Shown here: positions 11,517 through 21,800 of the stretch, piece after piece
How positions within the stretch are numbered: position 1 is the stretch's first letter
Layout of the letters: every line of letters begins with the position of its first letter
Assembly (NCBI GenBank): GCA_038212275.1
Contig: JBBQUR010000015.1
Coordinates: 1-64,000 of the forward strand
Length of the DNA stretch: 64,000 bases
Direction of reading: 5' to 3'
Origin: Planctomycetota bacterium
GTDB taxonomy: Bacteria > Planctomycetota > B15-G4
Program-made: the position numbers and the translations under genes
The notes under the pieces: model-generated
The model's database searches: none
Seen by the model: only the letters and a program-made list of their open reading frames with translations
Told to the model about the DNA's origin: nothing

Positions 11517-11702
11517 TCACTCCTCCACGTTCGCCCGCACCCACGCGCTCGCGGGTCCTCTCTGCCCGCCCTCTCCGGAGGGCGCGCGTCAGGAGGCGGA
11601 AGGATAACCGTGGCGGGGCGCCCGCTCACCTGTCCTGAAAGCACCGCAGCCGCGCCCGAGCTTCTGCTCGAGCGCGGCTGCGCGTGCGACGACCGACGAG
11701 GG

Positions 11703-12275
11703 TCAGTTCAGCTCGTCTTCCAGGTAAAGCTTGCCGCCGCCGGCGGCCACTTCGATCGAGAAGCCGGTGTGCGTCCAGAGCCACGCGTTGCTGGAGATCT
11801 CGGACGTGTCTCCCGCGCTGGCCGAGCCGCCCGTCTCGCCGAACTTGAACGACGCGTCCGCGAAAGCCACGCCGTACCAGGTGCCCTGCTCGAGTTTCTC
11901 GAGGGCTTCCGGCGTGTCGATGGTCACGACGCCGTAGTAACCCTTGATGGCGAGGCCCGGCCCAACGGCGAAGCGCGTCAGCCGCACGTAGGTCTGCTTG
12001 CCGGTGAGGTTGTTCTGGATCACGCCGTAGGCGTTGCCAAGGGTCATCAGGCCCGGGTGCAGCGAGAAGCCGCTCATGAACACGTAGCCCGGCGCCGAAG
12101 CGATGAGGGCCTGCGACTCGGGCTCGCGCACGGCCAGCTCGGCGAGGGCTTCATCGCGCACCTTCAGCGTGTAGGCGCGCTGGTCGGCGGGCGTATGGCC
12201 CTCCGGCGACGCGCAGCCGGTGACGAGGAGCAGCGTGGCGAACAGCGGAGCAAGGATGCGTGCATGCATGGACAT
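11703..12275 (-). CDS. Lipoprotein, YSC84/SYLF-like lipid-binding domain
   Basis: Lipobox LLLVTGC; GYVF..GNAYGV..GPGLAIK..GGKLYLEDELN pattern. Confidence 0.65.
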   Translation of the reverse strand: MSMHARILAPLFATLLLVTGCASPEGHTPADQRAYTLKVRDEALAELAVREPESQALIASAPGYVFMSGFSLHPGLMTLGNAYGVIQNNLTGKQTYVRLTRFAVGPGLAIKGYYGVVTIDTPEALEKLEQGTWYGVAFADASFKFGETGGSASAGDTSEISSNAWLWTHTGFSIEVAAGGGKLYLEDELN

Positions 12276-12450
12276 GAGACTCTTGAGGAAGGAAAGTAGC
12301 GGCCGATTCCGGGCATGATTAAAGCAGGGCCGGAACCGCGCGTGCAACCGGGGCCGCATCCTGGCCGGCACCAGCAGCTTTCGGGCCGACGCGGTCCGCA
12401 CGACTCCGTGGCAGGCCCGGCTTGCCGCACTCCACGATCCGGCGACTCAC

Positions 12451-14421
12451 ATGCCACACGATCCACCAGCCCGTTGGCCCGTTTCCCCGCTCCTGCACGA
12501 CGTGACCGGCGCCGCCCGGAAGTCCGCGCGCCGCGCTCCGTGGTGGCGCGTCGTGACCTGCCTGGCCCTCACGCTGGCGGCACTGCCCTCGTGCCGCTCA
12601 CCGCTGGGCGTGGACAACGTCGGCGCCGACAAGGTGCGCGCGCAGCTCGAGGCCAGCGTGCTCACCGGCGACGAGCCGTCCGCCTCCACGCGACAGACGG
12701 TGGCGATGCTCGGTCTGCAGGAAACCTGGGAGGACGACCCGGACGCCGCACTCGTCCAGCTGCGCGAGCTGGCCATGCTGGAGGACGACCGGAACATCTG
12801 GTTCGCGCTCGCCGAACTGCACTTCGTCCGCGCGCGCGACACCGGCCGCCGCAGCGAATACATGGCCTCCACGGTCAGCGCCTGGTGGTACCTGACCAGC
12901 AAGCACCTCGGCAGCCCCGCCGACCCGTTCGACCGTCGCTTCCGACTCGCCGCCGATCTCTACAACCGCAGCCTCGTGCGTGCCCTGCGCGACGAGGAGA
13001 GCACGGACGATTCGATTCGTTTCACGCCCGGCCTCTTCGAACTCCCGGGCGGCTCCATCGAGGTCAGCTCCGACAGGAGTCACATCTCGTGGGACCCCGG
13101 ACTGATCACCCGCGTCGTCCCCGCCGACGACCTCATCGTGCGCGGCTTCGACGTCCGCATCCGCGACTACGGGCTCGGCGCGCCCTTTGTCGGCGTCGGC
13201 GAGAACAAGGATCCTTCGACACCGGAGACCAGGTATCTGCCCGCGCGGCTCAGCATCTCGGGCACGGCCTTCCTGCGCGTGGAAGATCGGCCGGAGTCGT
13301 GGGCCGACGGCACCCTGAAGGCGAGCCTCGAGATCTACGGCGACGACGAGGTCCCGACGGTGGACATCGACGGGCGCACGGTGCCGCTCGAATCGGACCT
13401 CACCGCGTCGCTGGCGTATTCGCTGGAGACCTCGCACGCCTGGGACTTCGAGCTGGCCGGCTTCATGGGCGAGGTGCTCAACTACAAGACCGGCATGTTC
13501 ATGCTGCGGCCGTACGTGCCCGGCAAGATCCCGGTGGTGCTCGTGCACGGCACGGCCAGCAGCCCGGCGCGCTGGGCGCCGATGTTCAACGGACTGCTGG
13601 CGGACCCGGTCGTGCGCTCACGCTGCCAGTTCTGGTTCTTCACCTACAACACGGGCAATCCGGTGGCCTACTCCGGTGCGCTGCTGCGCGAGGCGCTGAA
13701 GGACATCGTGCACGCGCTGGATCCGCAGGGCCTGGACCCGGCGCTGCAGCAGATCGTCGTGATGGGACACAGCCAGGGCGGCCTGCTCACGCGCATGACC
13801 GCGACGACGACGGGCAACGTGATCTGGGACGCACTGACAAAGGTCCCGCTGGCCGACTTCGACCTGGACCCCGAAGCGCGCACGCTCATCGAGCGGACGC
13901 TGTTCTGGGACCGCGTGCCCGAGGTGACCCGCGTGATCTTCCTCGCCACGCCCCACCGCGGCAGCTTCCTCACGACCGGCTGGATCGGAAGCATCGCGGC
14001 GAGCCTCGTCAGCATCCCCAAGCAGCTCGGCGGCACGATCTCCGACTTCGTCACGCGCAACCGCGAGAAGTTCCCGCCTGAACTGCGCGACAAGATCCCG
14101 ACGGCCGTGGACAACATGAAGCCGGACAACCCCTTCCTCATGGCGCTCGCGTCGATCCCGATCGACCCGGCCGTGCGGCGCCACTCCATCATCGCCATCG
14201 AGGAAAATGTCGAGCCGCCGCTCGGCGACGACGGCGTCGTGCAGTACACGAGCGCTCACCTCGACGACTCGGACAGCGAGTTCGTCGTGCGCTCGGGTCA
14301 CTCGTGCCAGGCCAACCCGCTCGTGATCCGCGAGGTGCGCCGCCTGCTGCGCCTGCAGGTGTCCACCTGGGATGCCGAGCGCACCGCGGCCGGCCTCCCG
14401 ATCGTGGGAACGAAGCCCTGA
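12451..14421 (+). CDS. Alpha/beta-hydrolase (lipase/esterase) lipoprotein
   Basis: LAALPSC lipobox; PVVLVHGTASSP, GHSQGG nucleophile elbow, ATPHRGS, DDGVVQY, SGHS. Confidence 0.85.
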   Translation: MPHDPPARWPVSPLLHDVTGAARKSARRAPWWRVVTCLALTLAALPSCRSPLGVDNVGADKVRAQLEASVLTGDEPSASTRQTVAMLGLQETWEDDPDAALVQLRELAMLEDDRNIWFALAELHFVRARDTGRRSEYMASTVSAWWYLTSKHLGSPADPFDRRFRLAADLYNRSLVRALRDEESTDDSIRFTPGLFELPGGSIEVSSDRSHISWDPGLITRVVPADDLIVRGFDVRIRDYGLGAPFVGVGENKDPSTPETRYLPARLSISGTAFLRVEDRPESWADGTLKASLEIYGDDEVPTVDIDGRTVPLESDLTASLAYSLETSHAWDFELAGFMGEVLNYKTGMFMLRPYVPGKIPVVLVHGTASSPARWAPMFNGLLADPVVRSRCQFWFFTYNTGNPVAYSGALLREALKDIVHALDPQGLDPALQQIVVMGHSQGGLLTRMTATTTGNVIWDALTKVPLADFDLDPEARTLIERTLFWDRVPEVTRVIFLATPHRGSFLTTGWIGSIAASLVSIPKQLGGTISDFVTRNREKFPPELRDKIPTAVDNMKPDNPFLMALASIPIDPAVRRHSIIAIEENVEPPLGDDGVVQYTSAHLDDSDSEFVVRSGHSCQANPLVIREVRRLLRLQVSTWDAERTAAGLPIVGTKP

Positions 14422-14489
14422 AGCCCTCAGGCGACAAGGGCTTCTCCGCGCCCGGCGCCGCGCCGCAGGCGCCACGCGCACCCGGCGCG

Positions 14490-15509
14490 ATGCCCCCCGC
14501 AGCCCGGCCGCGCCGGCTCGTGAGCCGGTTGCTGCGCGCGCTCGTCGTCGTGTGCACTCTCCTTCCCGTGTTGGTCTGGGCGCCCGCCGCGATCTGGTTC
14601 GACGGCCCGGCCTCGCGCGCAACAGCTGGCAGTCTGGCCGCGGCGTGGTGCCTGCTCCTGGCCGGCGTGCTCCTTCTCACGAAGCCGTGGTGGCGGAGCC
14701 TGGCCCTCGCCTGGGCGCTCTTCGCGCTGCTGCTGTCGTGGTGGCTCGCCATCCCGCCAAGCAACACGCGCGACTGGGCGCCGGATGTCGCGCAGCTTCC
14801 CGGCGCCGACATCGACGGCAACCGCGTGACGGTGCACGGCGTCCGCAACTTCGAGTACGCGTCGGGCGAGCCCGTCGCCGAACGCTGGGAGACGCGCACC
14901 TACGACCTCGACCATCTCGTCGGCTTCGACCTCTTCATGTCCTACTGGGGCCCGACGCTCATCGCGCACACGATCGCGAGCTGGGAGTTCGACGACGGCC
15001 GCCACCTGGCCATCTCCATCGAGACGCGCAAGGAGGTCGGCGAGGAGTACTCCGCCATCGCCGGCTTCTTCCGGCAGTTCGAGGTCTACTACGTCGTGGC
15101 GGACGAGCGCGACGTCATCGGCGTGCGCGCCGCCGAGCGCGGTGAAACGCTCTACCTCTACCGCCTGCAGATGCCGCCCGGGAAGGCGCGCGAGCTGCTG
15201 CTCAGCTACCTGCGCGAGATCAACCGGCTCACCGAGGAGCCGCGCTGGTACAACGCGCTGACCTTCAACTGCACCACCGCGATCCGCTGGCAGACCAGGC
15301 AGATCGAGGCCGCGCGCCCCTGGGACTGGAAGCTGCTGGTCAACGGCTACCTCGACGAGCTGGGCTACGAGCGCGGCCAGATCAACACGAGCCTGCCCTT
15401 TCCCGAGCTGCGTGCACGCAGCGATGTCACCGAGAAGGCACGCGCGGCCATCGACTCCGACGACTTCTCCACGCGCATCCGCGAAGGTCTTCCCGACCGC
15501 CCGCACTGA
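14490..15509 (+). CDS. DUF4105 (Lnb N-terminal-like) membrane protein
   Basis: Three TM helices, then PSNTRDW, IAHTIASWEF, SIETRKEVGEEYS, YNALTFNCTT; start uncertain. Confidence 0.8.
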   Translation: MPPAARPRRLVSRLLRALVVVCTLLPVLVWAPAAIWFDGPASRATAGSLAAAWCLLLAGVLLLTKPWWRSLALAWALFALLLSWWLAIPPSNTRDWAPDVAQLPGADIDGNRVTVHGVRNFEYASGEPVAERWETRTYDLDHLVGFDLFMSYWGPTLIAHTIASWEFDDGRHLAISIETRKEVGEEYSAIAGFFRQFEVYYVVADERDVIGVRAAERGETLYLYRLQMPPGKARELLLSYLREINRLTEEPRWYNALTFNCTTAIRWQTRQIEAARPWDWKLLVNGYLDELGYERGQINTSLPFPELRARSDVTEKARAAIDSDDFSTRIREGLPDRPH

Positions 15510-15536
15510 ACCGGCGCGACCGAGGCCGCGCGAGGT

Positions 15537-15581
15537 CGCAACGGGCATGCGCGTCGACGCAACGGGCTTGCGCGTCGACGC
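15537..15581. repeat. 21-bp tandem duplication between convergent genes
   Basis: CGCAACGGGC(A/T)TGCGCGTCGA twice. Confidence 0.75.
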
Positions 15582-15599
15582 GGCCTGGCGCGGTTCAGC

Positions 15600-18284
15600 T
15601 CAGCGCGGGGCCTTCGGGGCAGGCGCTCCGTCGCCGATGTATCCGAGCGACTGGAAGGACTGGAGCAATCCCGCATCGCCTCCGGGCAGCGGCGAGGACG
15701 CCAGGTGCTCCCCGGACCATTCGAGCGCGTGCAGCAGCTCCTGCCACAGCGGCCTCGCTGCGTCGCTGTCGGCAGAGAGCGGGACGAGGGCGCCCGGGTC
15801 CGTGCGCAGGTCGAAGTACTGGCGCTCGCCCGGCTGCGGCTCGTCGTCCACGGGCTCGCGCCACAGCAGCAGTCCGTCGGCGCTGCGCACGCGGTGCAGA
15901 TGGCGCCGCAGCGGATCGCTCGTGTCGCCCGGCGCAATGCCCTTGCTCGTCTCGGAGTAGACGGCGCGCTCCGGTGCGTCGAGCGGCGGGCGCACGGAGG
16001 CCGCGTCGAAGGGCGCGTCCAGCCAGCGCAGCACGGAGGCGAAGAGCCCCACGGTGCTCACCGGCGTGGTGATGCGCGTGCCCGACAACGACAGGCCCGG
16101 CAGCCCGCGCGGCCCGGACACGAAGAGCGGCACGTGCAGCGTCTCGTCGAAGAGCGCGCTGCCGTGACCGTACAGGCCGTGCTCGAAGAATTCCTCGCCG
16201 TGATCGGAGGTGAGCACCACGAGCGTGCTGCCGGAGAGCCCCAGCGCCTCGATGCGCTCGAGCAGCGCGCGGAACTGGCTGTCGAACCACGCGACCTCGC
16301 CGGCATAGCGCTGGCGCAGGAAGCGCACGTCCGCCTCGTCGGGCGCGGGCGGCCGACCCTCTTCCCTCGCGAGCTTCATCTCGGCGACCATGCGCTGCTC
16401 CACAGCGTGGAGGTCCAGCCCGCGCAGCGCCTCATCCACGTAGCGATCACGCCAGGCGCCCGGCGCGTTGCACGGCGAGTGCGGGTCGAAGTAGTGCAGG
16501 AAGAGCAGGAATTGCTCGCCGGCGTGATTGGCGAGGAAGGCGCCCGCGAAATCGTTCACCTGGCGCGCGTTGGCGTACGGCACGTGCACGAAGCTGTCGA
16601 AGCCGCGCGCGAAGCCGGCCTGCGGGCGCACGATCTCGCTCGCAACGACGGCGCCCGTCGCGACGCCGGCCGCGCCGGCCAGCTCCGCCAGCGTGGCGAC
16701 ATCGCCGGGGACGACGAGCCGGTCGTGATCCACCGCACCATGCGCCGTGGGCGTCAGGCCGGTGAGCAAGCTCACCGTGGTGGGCTCCGTCCACGGCGCC
16801 GGCGTGAACGCCTGCTGCCAGACGGTGGAGTGCGCCGCGAAGGCATCGAGGTTCGGCGTACGCGACAAGCCGGCGCCGGCCACGACGTCCGCTGCGGGTG
16901 CATGAGTCTGCGCGCCCGTTGCGCCCGTTGCGCCCGGTGCGCCGGTCGCAGCGCTCGCGCCGCGCGCCTCGTCGACCGCGGCGAGCACGCCCAGCGCGTC
17001 GGCGCGCAGCGTCTCCACCTGGATGAGGATCACCGAGGGCCGGCCGCTCGTCGCGCGGCGCACCGGCACCTGCCGTTCGCGCACGAGTCGAGGGTCGGCG
17101 AGACCGACGCGCATCAGCCGCGCCGTGTAGCCGAAGACCCTCATCACGCCGGCCACGAAGTCCGGGTCGTCATGCCGGACCTCCGCAGGCTCCAGCCGCG
17201 GCGTCACGAGCGCACACTCCAGTCGACGACCGGGGCCCGCCTGCGCGCCCAGCGGCAGCGACAGCTCGCGCCAGTGCACACTGTCCACCGGCGTCGAGGC
17301 GATGAGCGCGCCGTCCACGCGCACCTCGATGCTCGCGCTGCTTCCCGGAGGCAGGCGGTCGTCCAGCGCGAACGCGGCACGCAGCACGCTGTCCGGTTCG
17401 AGGTCCACCGTCCACGAGACCGAGGTCTCGCCGGTGAGCGCGACCGCGGGCCGCCCGTCCGCGACGGGGCCGGTGAAAGCCGCGAGCGCCTGCACGGGCG
17501 GCAGCAAGACGTCTTCGTATGTGTCCGGGGCTTCAGCCGAGCGCCGCGTGGCGAAGAGCCGCTGCGGAACGTCGACAGGCGCTGCAGGCACGTCCGGCAG
17601 CAGCCGCTGCTCGACCAGCACGGTGCGGCTCGCCTCGGCCAGCGGCGTGCGCAGCGGCTCCATGTCCACGCGCGGCGAGAGCAGCACCAGGAAGCTGTCC
17701 CCGGGGACGCGGTCCGCGCCGACGTCCGGCGACGAGATCTCGATGCGCAGCGTCCGCGCACCATGCGGCAGCTGCAGTTCCAGGCGGCAGGCCGGGCCTT
17801 CGCGCCACAGAGCGGGATCTGCGCCTTCGAGCGCCGGGCAAGGAAGCGCATCCACCTGCGCGCTGCCGAGCAGCGCCGCCTCGTCGGCGGAGGAGACTGC
17901 GCGCATGGCCTTGACGGTGACGGTGCACGGCGTCGCGTCCGCCGCGGGGCCGTAGGCGAGCCGTGCGACCTCCATCGTGAACCGGCCGGGGCGTGCTTCC
18001 ACGTCCCACTCCAGCGCGGAGCGACGCCGCACGGGAATCGCGATCGCATCGCGGTCGGGGTTGGTGGCCTTGGCGTCATGCAGGACGCTGAGCGCGTCGG
18101 CGCCCTCGAAACCCTGGAGCAGCCGCACGTGAGCGGCGTCGAGCAGCAGGTCGCGCCGCACGTCGCGGAGCAGTTCCGACTGCAGGCCGCGCCACAGCAT
18201 CGTCCCCGTGATGACCACGGCCAGCACGAGCAGCACCGTGCTGGTCACTCGCGCCTTGCGCACATGGGAGTGCGACACCGTCAT
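15600..18284 (-). CDS. Membrane-anchored sulfatase-like (alkaline phosphatase superfamily) protein, Thr-type motif
   Basis: N-terminal TM; ILIQVETLRAD, APWTEPTTVSLLTG, HYFDPH, TSDHGEEFFEHG..GHG, LGYIG tail. Confidence 0.85.
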   Translation of the reverse strand: MTVSHSHVRKARVTSTVLLVLAVVITGTMLWRGLQSELLRDVRRDLLLDAAHVRLLQGFEGADALSVLHDAKATNPDRDAIAIPVRRRSALEWDVEARPGRFTMEVARLAYGPAADATPCTVTVKAMRAVSSADEAALLGSAQVDALPCPALEGADPALWREGPACRLELQLPHGARTLRIEISSPDVGADRVPGDSFLVLLSPRVDMEPLRTPLAEASRTVLVEQRLLPDVPAAPVDVPQRLFATRRSAEAPDTYEDVLLPPVQALAAFTGPVADGRPAVALTGETSVSWTVDLEPDSVLRAAFALDDRLPPGSSASIEVRVDGALIASTPVDSVHWRELSLPLGAQAGPGRRLECALVTPRLEPAEVRHDDPDFVAGVMRVFGYTARLMRVGLADPRLVRERQVPVRRATSGRPSVILIQVETLRADALGVLAAVDEARGASAATGAPGATGATGAQTHAPAADVVAGAGLSRTPNLDAFAAHSTVWQQAFTPAPWTEPTTVSLLTGLTPTAHGAVDHDRLVVPGDVATLAELAGAAGVATGAVVASEIVRPQAGFARGFDSFVHVPYANARQVNDFAGAFLANHAGEQFLLFLHYFDPHSPCNAPGAWRDRYVDEALRGLDLHAVEQRMVAEMKLAREEGRPPAPDEADVRFLRQRYAGEVAWFDSQFRALLERIEALGLSGSTLVVLTSDHGEEFFEHGLYGHGSALFDETLHVPLFVSGPRGLPGLSLSGTRITTPVSTVGLFASVLRWLDAPFDAASVRPPLDAPERAVYSETSKGIAPGDTSDPLRRHLHRVRSADGLLLWREPVDDEPQPGERQYFDLRTDPGALVPLSADSDAARPLWQELLHALEWSGEHLASSPLPGGDAGLLQSFQSLGYIGDGAPAPKAPR

Positions 18285-18330
18285 GACGCCGTCGCCCTCG
18301 GGCCGCGGCAGGCATCACGCACGCGGCGCA

Positions 18331-18789
18331 TCACGGCGTCAGCGTCGCGTCGCTGCGCGCCAGGAGCTCCTGGATGATGGCCTGGTAGATGTCTTCCTCG
18401 AGCAGGACGTCCATCATCGGCTTCAGCCAGCCGACCTCGCCGCCCGTCGCGCCCATCTCGAGGTGCTCGACGAGCGCGAGCATCTCCACATCGAGGTCCG
18501 GCGGGTTCGGCACGACGTGGATGTAGAGGCGCATGCGGCGGCGGCCTTCGTACACCGGATCGAGCGTGAGATTGCCGGCCTCGACGTCCAGCGAGATGCC
18601 GATGCCGCCGAAGTGCTGCACCGCATACCGGCGCACGGCATCGTTCACGATCTCGATGCCCTCGCCGTAGCCCACGTTCTTGAGCGTGTAGGTGCGGAAG
18701 CCGACCGGATCCTCGTGCGAGAACAATCCGCAGCCGGGCAGCGCGGTCACGGCCAGCAGCAGGCAGGCCAGGAGCGGCAGGCGTGACAT
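18331..18789 (-). CDS. Hypothetical lipoprotein
   Basis: MSRLPLLACLLLAVTALPGC lipobox; GGAG upstream; host-like codon usage. Confidence 0.7.
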   Translation of the reverse strand: MSRLPLLACLLLAVTALPGCGLFSHEDPVGFRTYTLKNVGYGEGIEIVNDAVRRYAVQHFGGIGISLDVEAGNLTLDPVYEGRRRMRLYIHVVPNPPDLDVEMLALVEHLEMGATGGEVGWLKPMMDVLLEEDIYQAIIQELLARSDATLTP

Positions 18790-18886
18790 GACGTGCGGAC
18801 TCCGCGGGACGAACGACAGGCGGCCATTGTCGGCCCCGGCGCGCGGCACCTCAAGCGGGCGTTCGTCGCGACATCGGGGGAAGCGT

Positions 18887-21800
18887 TCAGCGCTCCGCGA
18901 GCCGCGCGCGCGCCGCACGCAACGCGTCCAGGCCTGGAATTTCCGAGTCTTTCGCATCGGCAGCGGCCTGGTCACCGGCCTCGCCCGCGCCGGCCTCGCC
19001 CGCGCCGGCGGCGGACGGAGCGGCTGTCTCGCCCTCCCCGCCGGGCGTGTCGTCGGCCGTGTGCTCCACCGCGGCGAACCACGCCTTCATGGCGGCGACG
19101 CGCAACTCGGAGGCCTCATAGGCAGCGTCCCAGTCCGCGGCCGTCTGCTTCGCCGTGCGGCGCTGCAGCCCGTCGAGCACTTCGCGTTCGAGCGCGAGGA
19201 AGCTCCTTGCGCCGCGGTTCCAGCGCGCGCCGTCAAGCGCCTCGTCGAGCTGCGCGATGGCCTCGTCCACGCGGCCGTCCAGCAGTGAGAGCAGCGCCCC
19301 GTCGTGCAGCGCGAGCGCCGCCGCGATCGAGGCCGGCAGCCGCGAGCCGCCGTCGCCGGGGAGCCACGGGCTGGCGCGCATGCCGAAGTCCGCCAGCTCC
19401 GACAGCGCCGCGAGGCGCGTCTTCAGCGCCTCGCCCTGCACCGGCGTGAGCACCGGCGTGAGCGCAGGAAGCGTCGCGCGACCGGTCGGCTGTTCCTCGG
19501 CACGGCTGGCCTGGGTGCGCGCCGCCGCCTCGGCGAGCAGCGTGGCCAGCACCTGCGCTCTGCGCGCATCCCGTGGCGCGTCGGGCGCGGCGCGTAGCGG
19601 CAGGCCGACGAAGCGAAAGCCACCACGCCCGAACGGCAGGTCGGCATCCGGCACGCCGATGCGATTGCCCAGGTGCCCCAGCGCGAGCATGTGTGCCTCG
19701 GCGCCATCGGGCAGGTCGCCGACGAGCATCGCGCGCGGCGACAGCAGCGCATCGTCCCGGCCCAGTGCGACGACGTCGCCGGCCGCGCCTGGAGATCCGG
19801 CAGCCACTGCGGCGCTGTCCGCGCCGCGCGGGCCCGCGTCCTCGCGACGCAGGAAGAGTCGGCCCATGAAGTTTCCGGGCGCGGAGCCGACAGCCACGCG
19901 CAACGGCAGCGCCGGGTAGACCTCGACGCCCAGCGAGAGCCCGAGCATCTCGCCGAGCGGCGCCTCGGCCGGATGCCGCATCAGCACGAGGGCGTGCCCG
20001 CCGTCCGCGACCCAGCGCCAGAGCTGAAGCTGCGTGTCGAGAGCGAGCTCCGCGCCGAGCGCCTCGGGCCGCTCGATGAGCACGACCGCCGCGGAGGCCA
20101 GCGCCGTGGGATCGTCGCCGGGCGTCCAGACCTGCGCAGCGACGACCGCCGGCGCCGCGATGACCGCCACCCTGCGTGCAGAGCTCGTCTCCACCGCGCC
20201 GTCAGCAAGCTGAAGCGTCGCGCGCAACTCCAGCGTGCAGGCCTCGCGCGGCACATGCAGCGTCTGCTCGACGGAGGTCACGCCCGGCGGGAACTCGCGC
20301 AGCGGCACGGCGGACAGCAGGTCGTCCACCGGGTCGTCTTCGCCGCCGACGCGGCGCGCGTCCAGCGCAAGCGCGCCCTGCACCGGGGCACCCGTGTCAT
20401 TCACGACGGCCAGCGTGCAACTCAGCTCCTCACCGCTCAAGACTGACCAGCGCGAGGGCAGCACGACCGCCATGAGCGGGCGCAGCGCGCGCTTCAAGCG
20501 CTCGCGCACGGGCCGCTCCTCGCCCCACGGCGCGAGCACGCCGGCGCTGCTCTCCGTGGACACGGCGCGCCACTGCGTGTAGCAGAGCAGATCCACCGCG
20601 GGGTTGGCGCGCAGCGCTTCGACCATCTCCTCGGCGGCATCGGCCTCGTTGCGGTCGGCCTCGGCGCGCCAGTCGTGGTCGGTCCAGGTCCTGCCGCTGC
20701 GCGCCATGCGCCGCTCGATGGCCGCGCCGAGTTCGAAGAGCGCGCGCTCGTCGCCGGTCAGGCCGCGGCTCTCGAAGCCGGCGACGGCCGCCGCGGAGTC
20801 GACGAGCGTGCCGTAGCCGAACTCCGAGACGAAGACGAGCTGCGGCGCACCCAGCGTCAGCAGGCGGTTGCGATCCTCCAGCGCCAGCGGATACGGCGGG
20901 TATTCGTGCTTGTCGACCATCGGCAGGAGATCCGCAGCGGTTGCTGCGGTCGCAGCGGTCGCGGCAGTCGCGGCGGTCGCGGCGGTCGCGGCGGTCGCAG
21001 CAGTCGCGGCGGTTCGCGTCGCGCGCGGCGGCATCACGCGGCCCTCGCCGAGGAAGCTGCCGCTGTCCTGCAGGATCGGGCGGCTGTCATCCAGCGCCGC
21101 AAGCTGCACGACCAGCGCATCGGCGTGGCGGAAGGCCCGGCCCGAGAGCTCGTTGAGGACGCCCCACAGGATGATCGACGGGTGATGCGCATCGCGCTCG
21201 ACCATCCAGTCGATCTCGTGCAGCAGGCGCGGGAGCAGCGCCGGATCGTCGTTCACCCAGCCGATGGCGGGCTCTTCCAGCACGAGCAGCCCGAGCCGGT
21301 CGCACGCGTCGAGGAAGGCGGGCGGCGCGGGCCGCACGTGAGCCCGCACCAGGTTGAAGCCCGTGTCACGGATGGCTTCCACTTCGGCGACGAGTGCCGC
21401 GTCGGACGGCGTGACGCCGCCGGCGCCGGTGGCGTGCGGCTGCCAGAGTACGCCCTTGAGCACGCGCCGCACCCCGTCGATGAGCAGGTCGCCGTCGCGG
21501 ATCTCCAGCGTGCGCAGGCCGATGCGGCGCGTGAGCAGTTCGCGCGGACCGTCCACGTCCGCGACGCTCAGCCGCACCTCGTGCAGCGCGGGATCCTCCG
21601 GACTCCAGCGCGCCGCGCCGGGCAGCGACACGTGCGCATCGAAGTCGGCGCGACCGCGATCGATCGGCACCCGCAGCGCAAGCTGCTCGACGCCGTCCAC
21701 GGAGACGAGGATGTCCACGGACGTTTCGGCCGCGTGCGCCGGCGACAGCTCCAGCGCGCCGCGCACCGACACCGCGCTGGCGACGTCATCCACGCGCACG

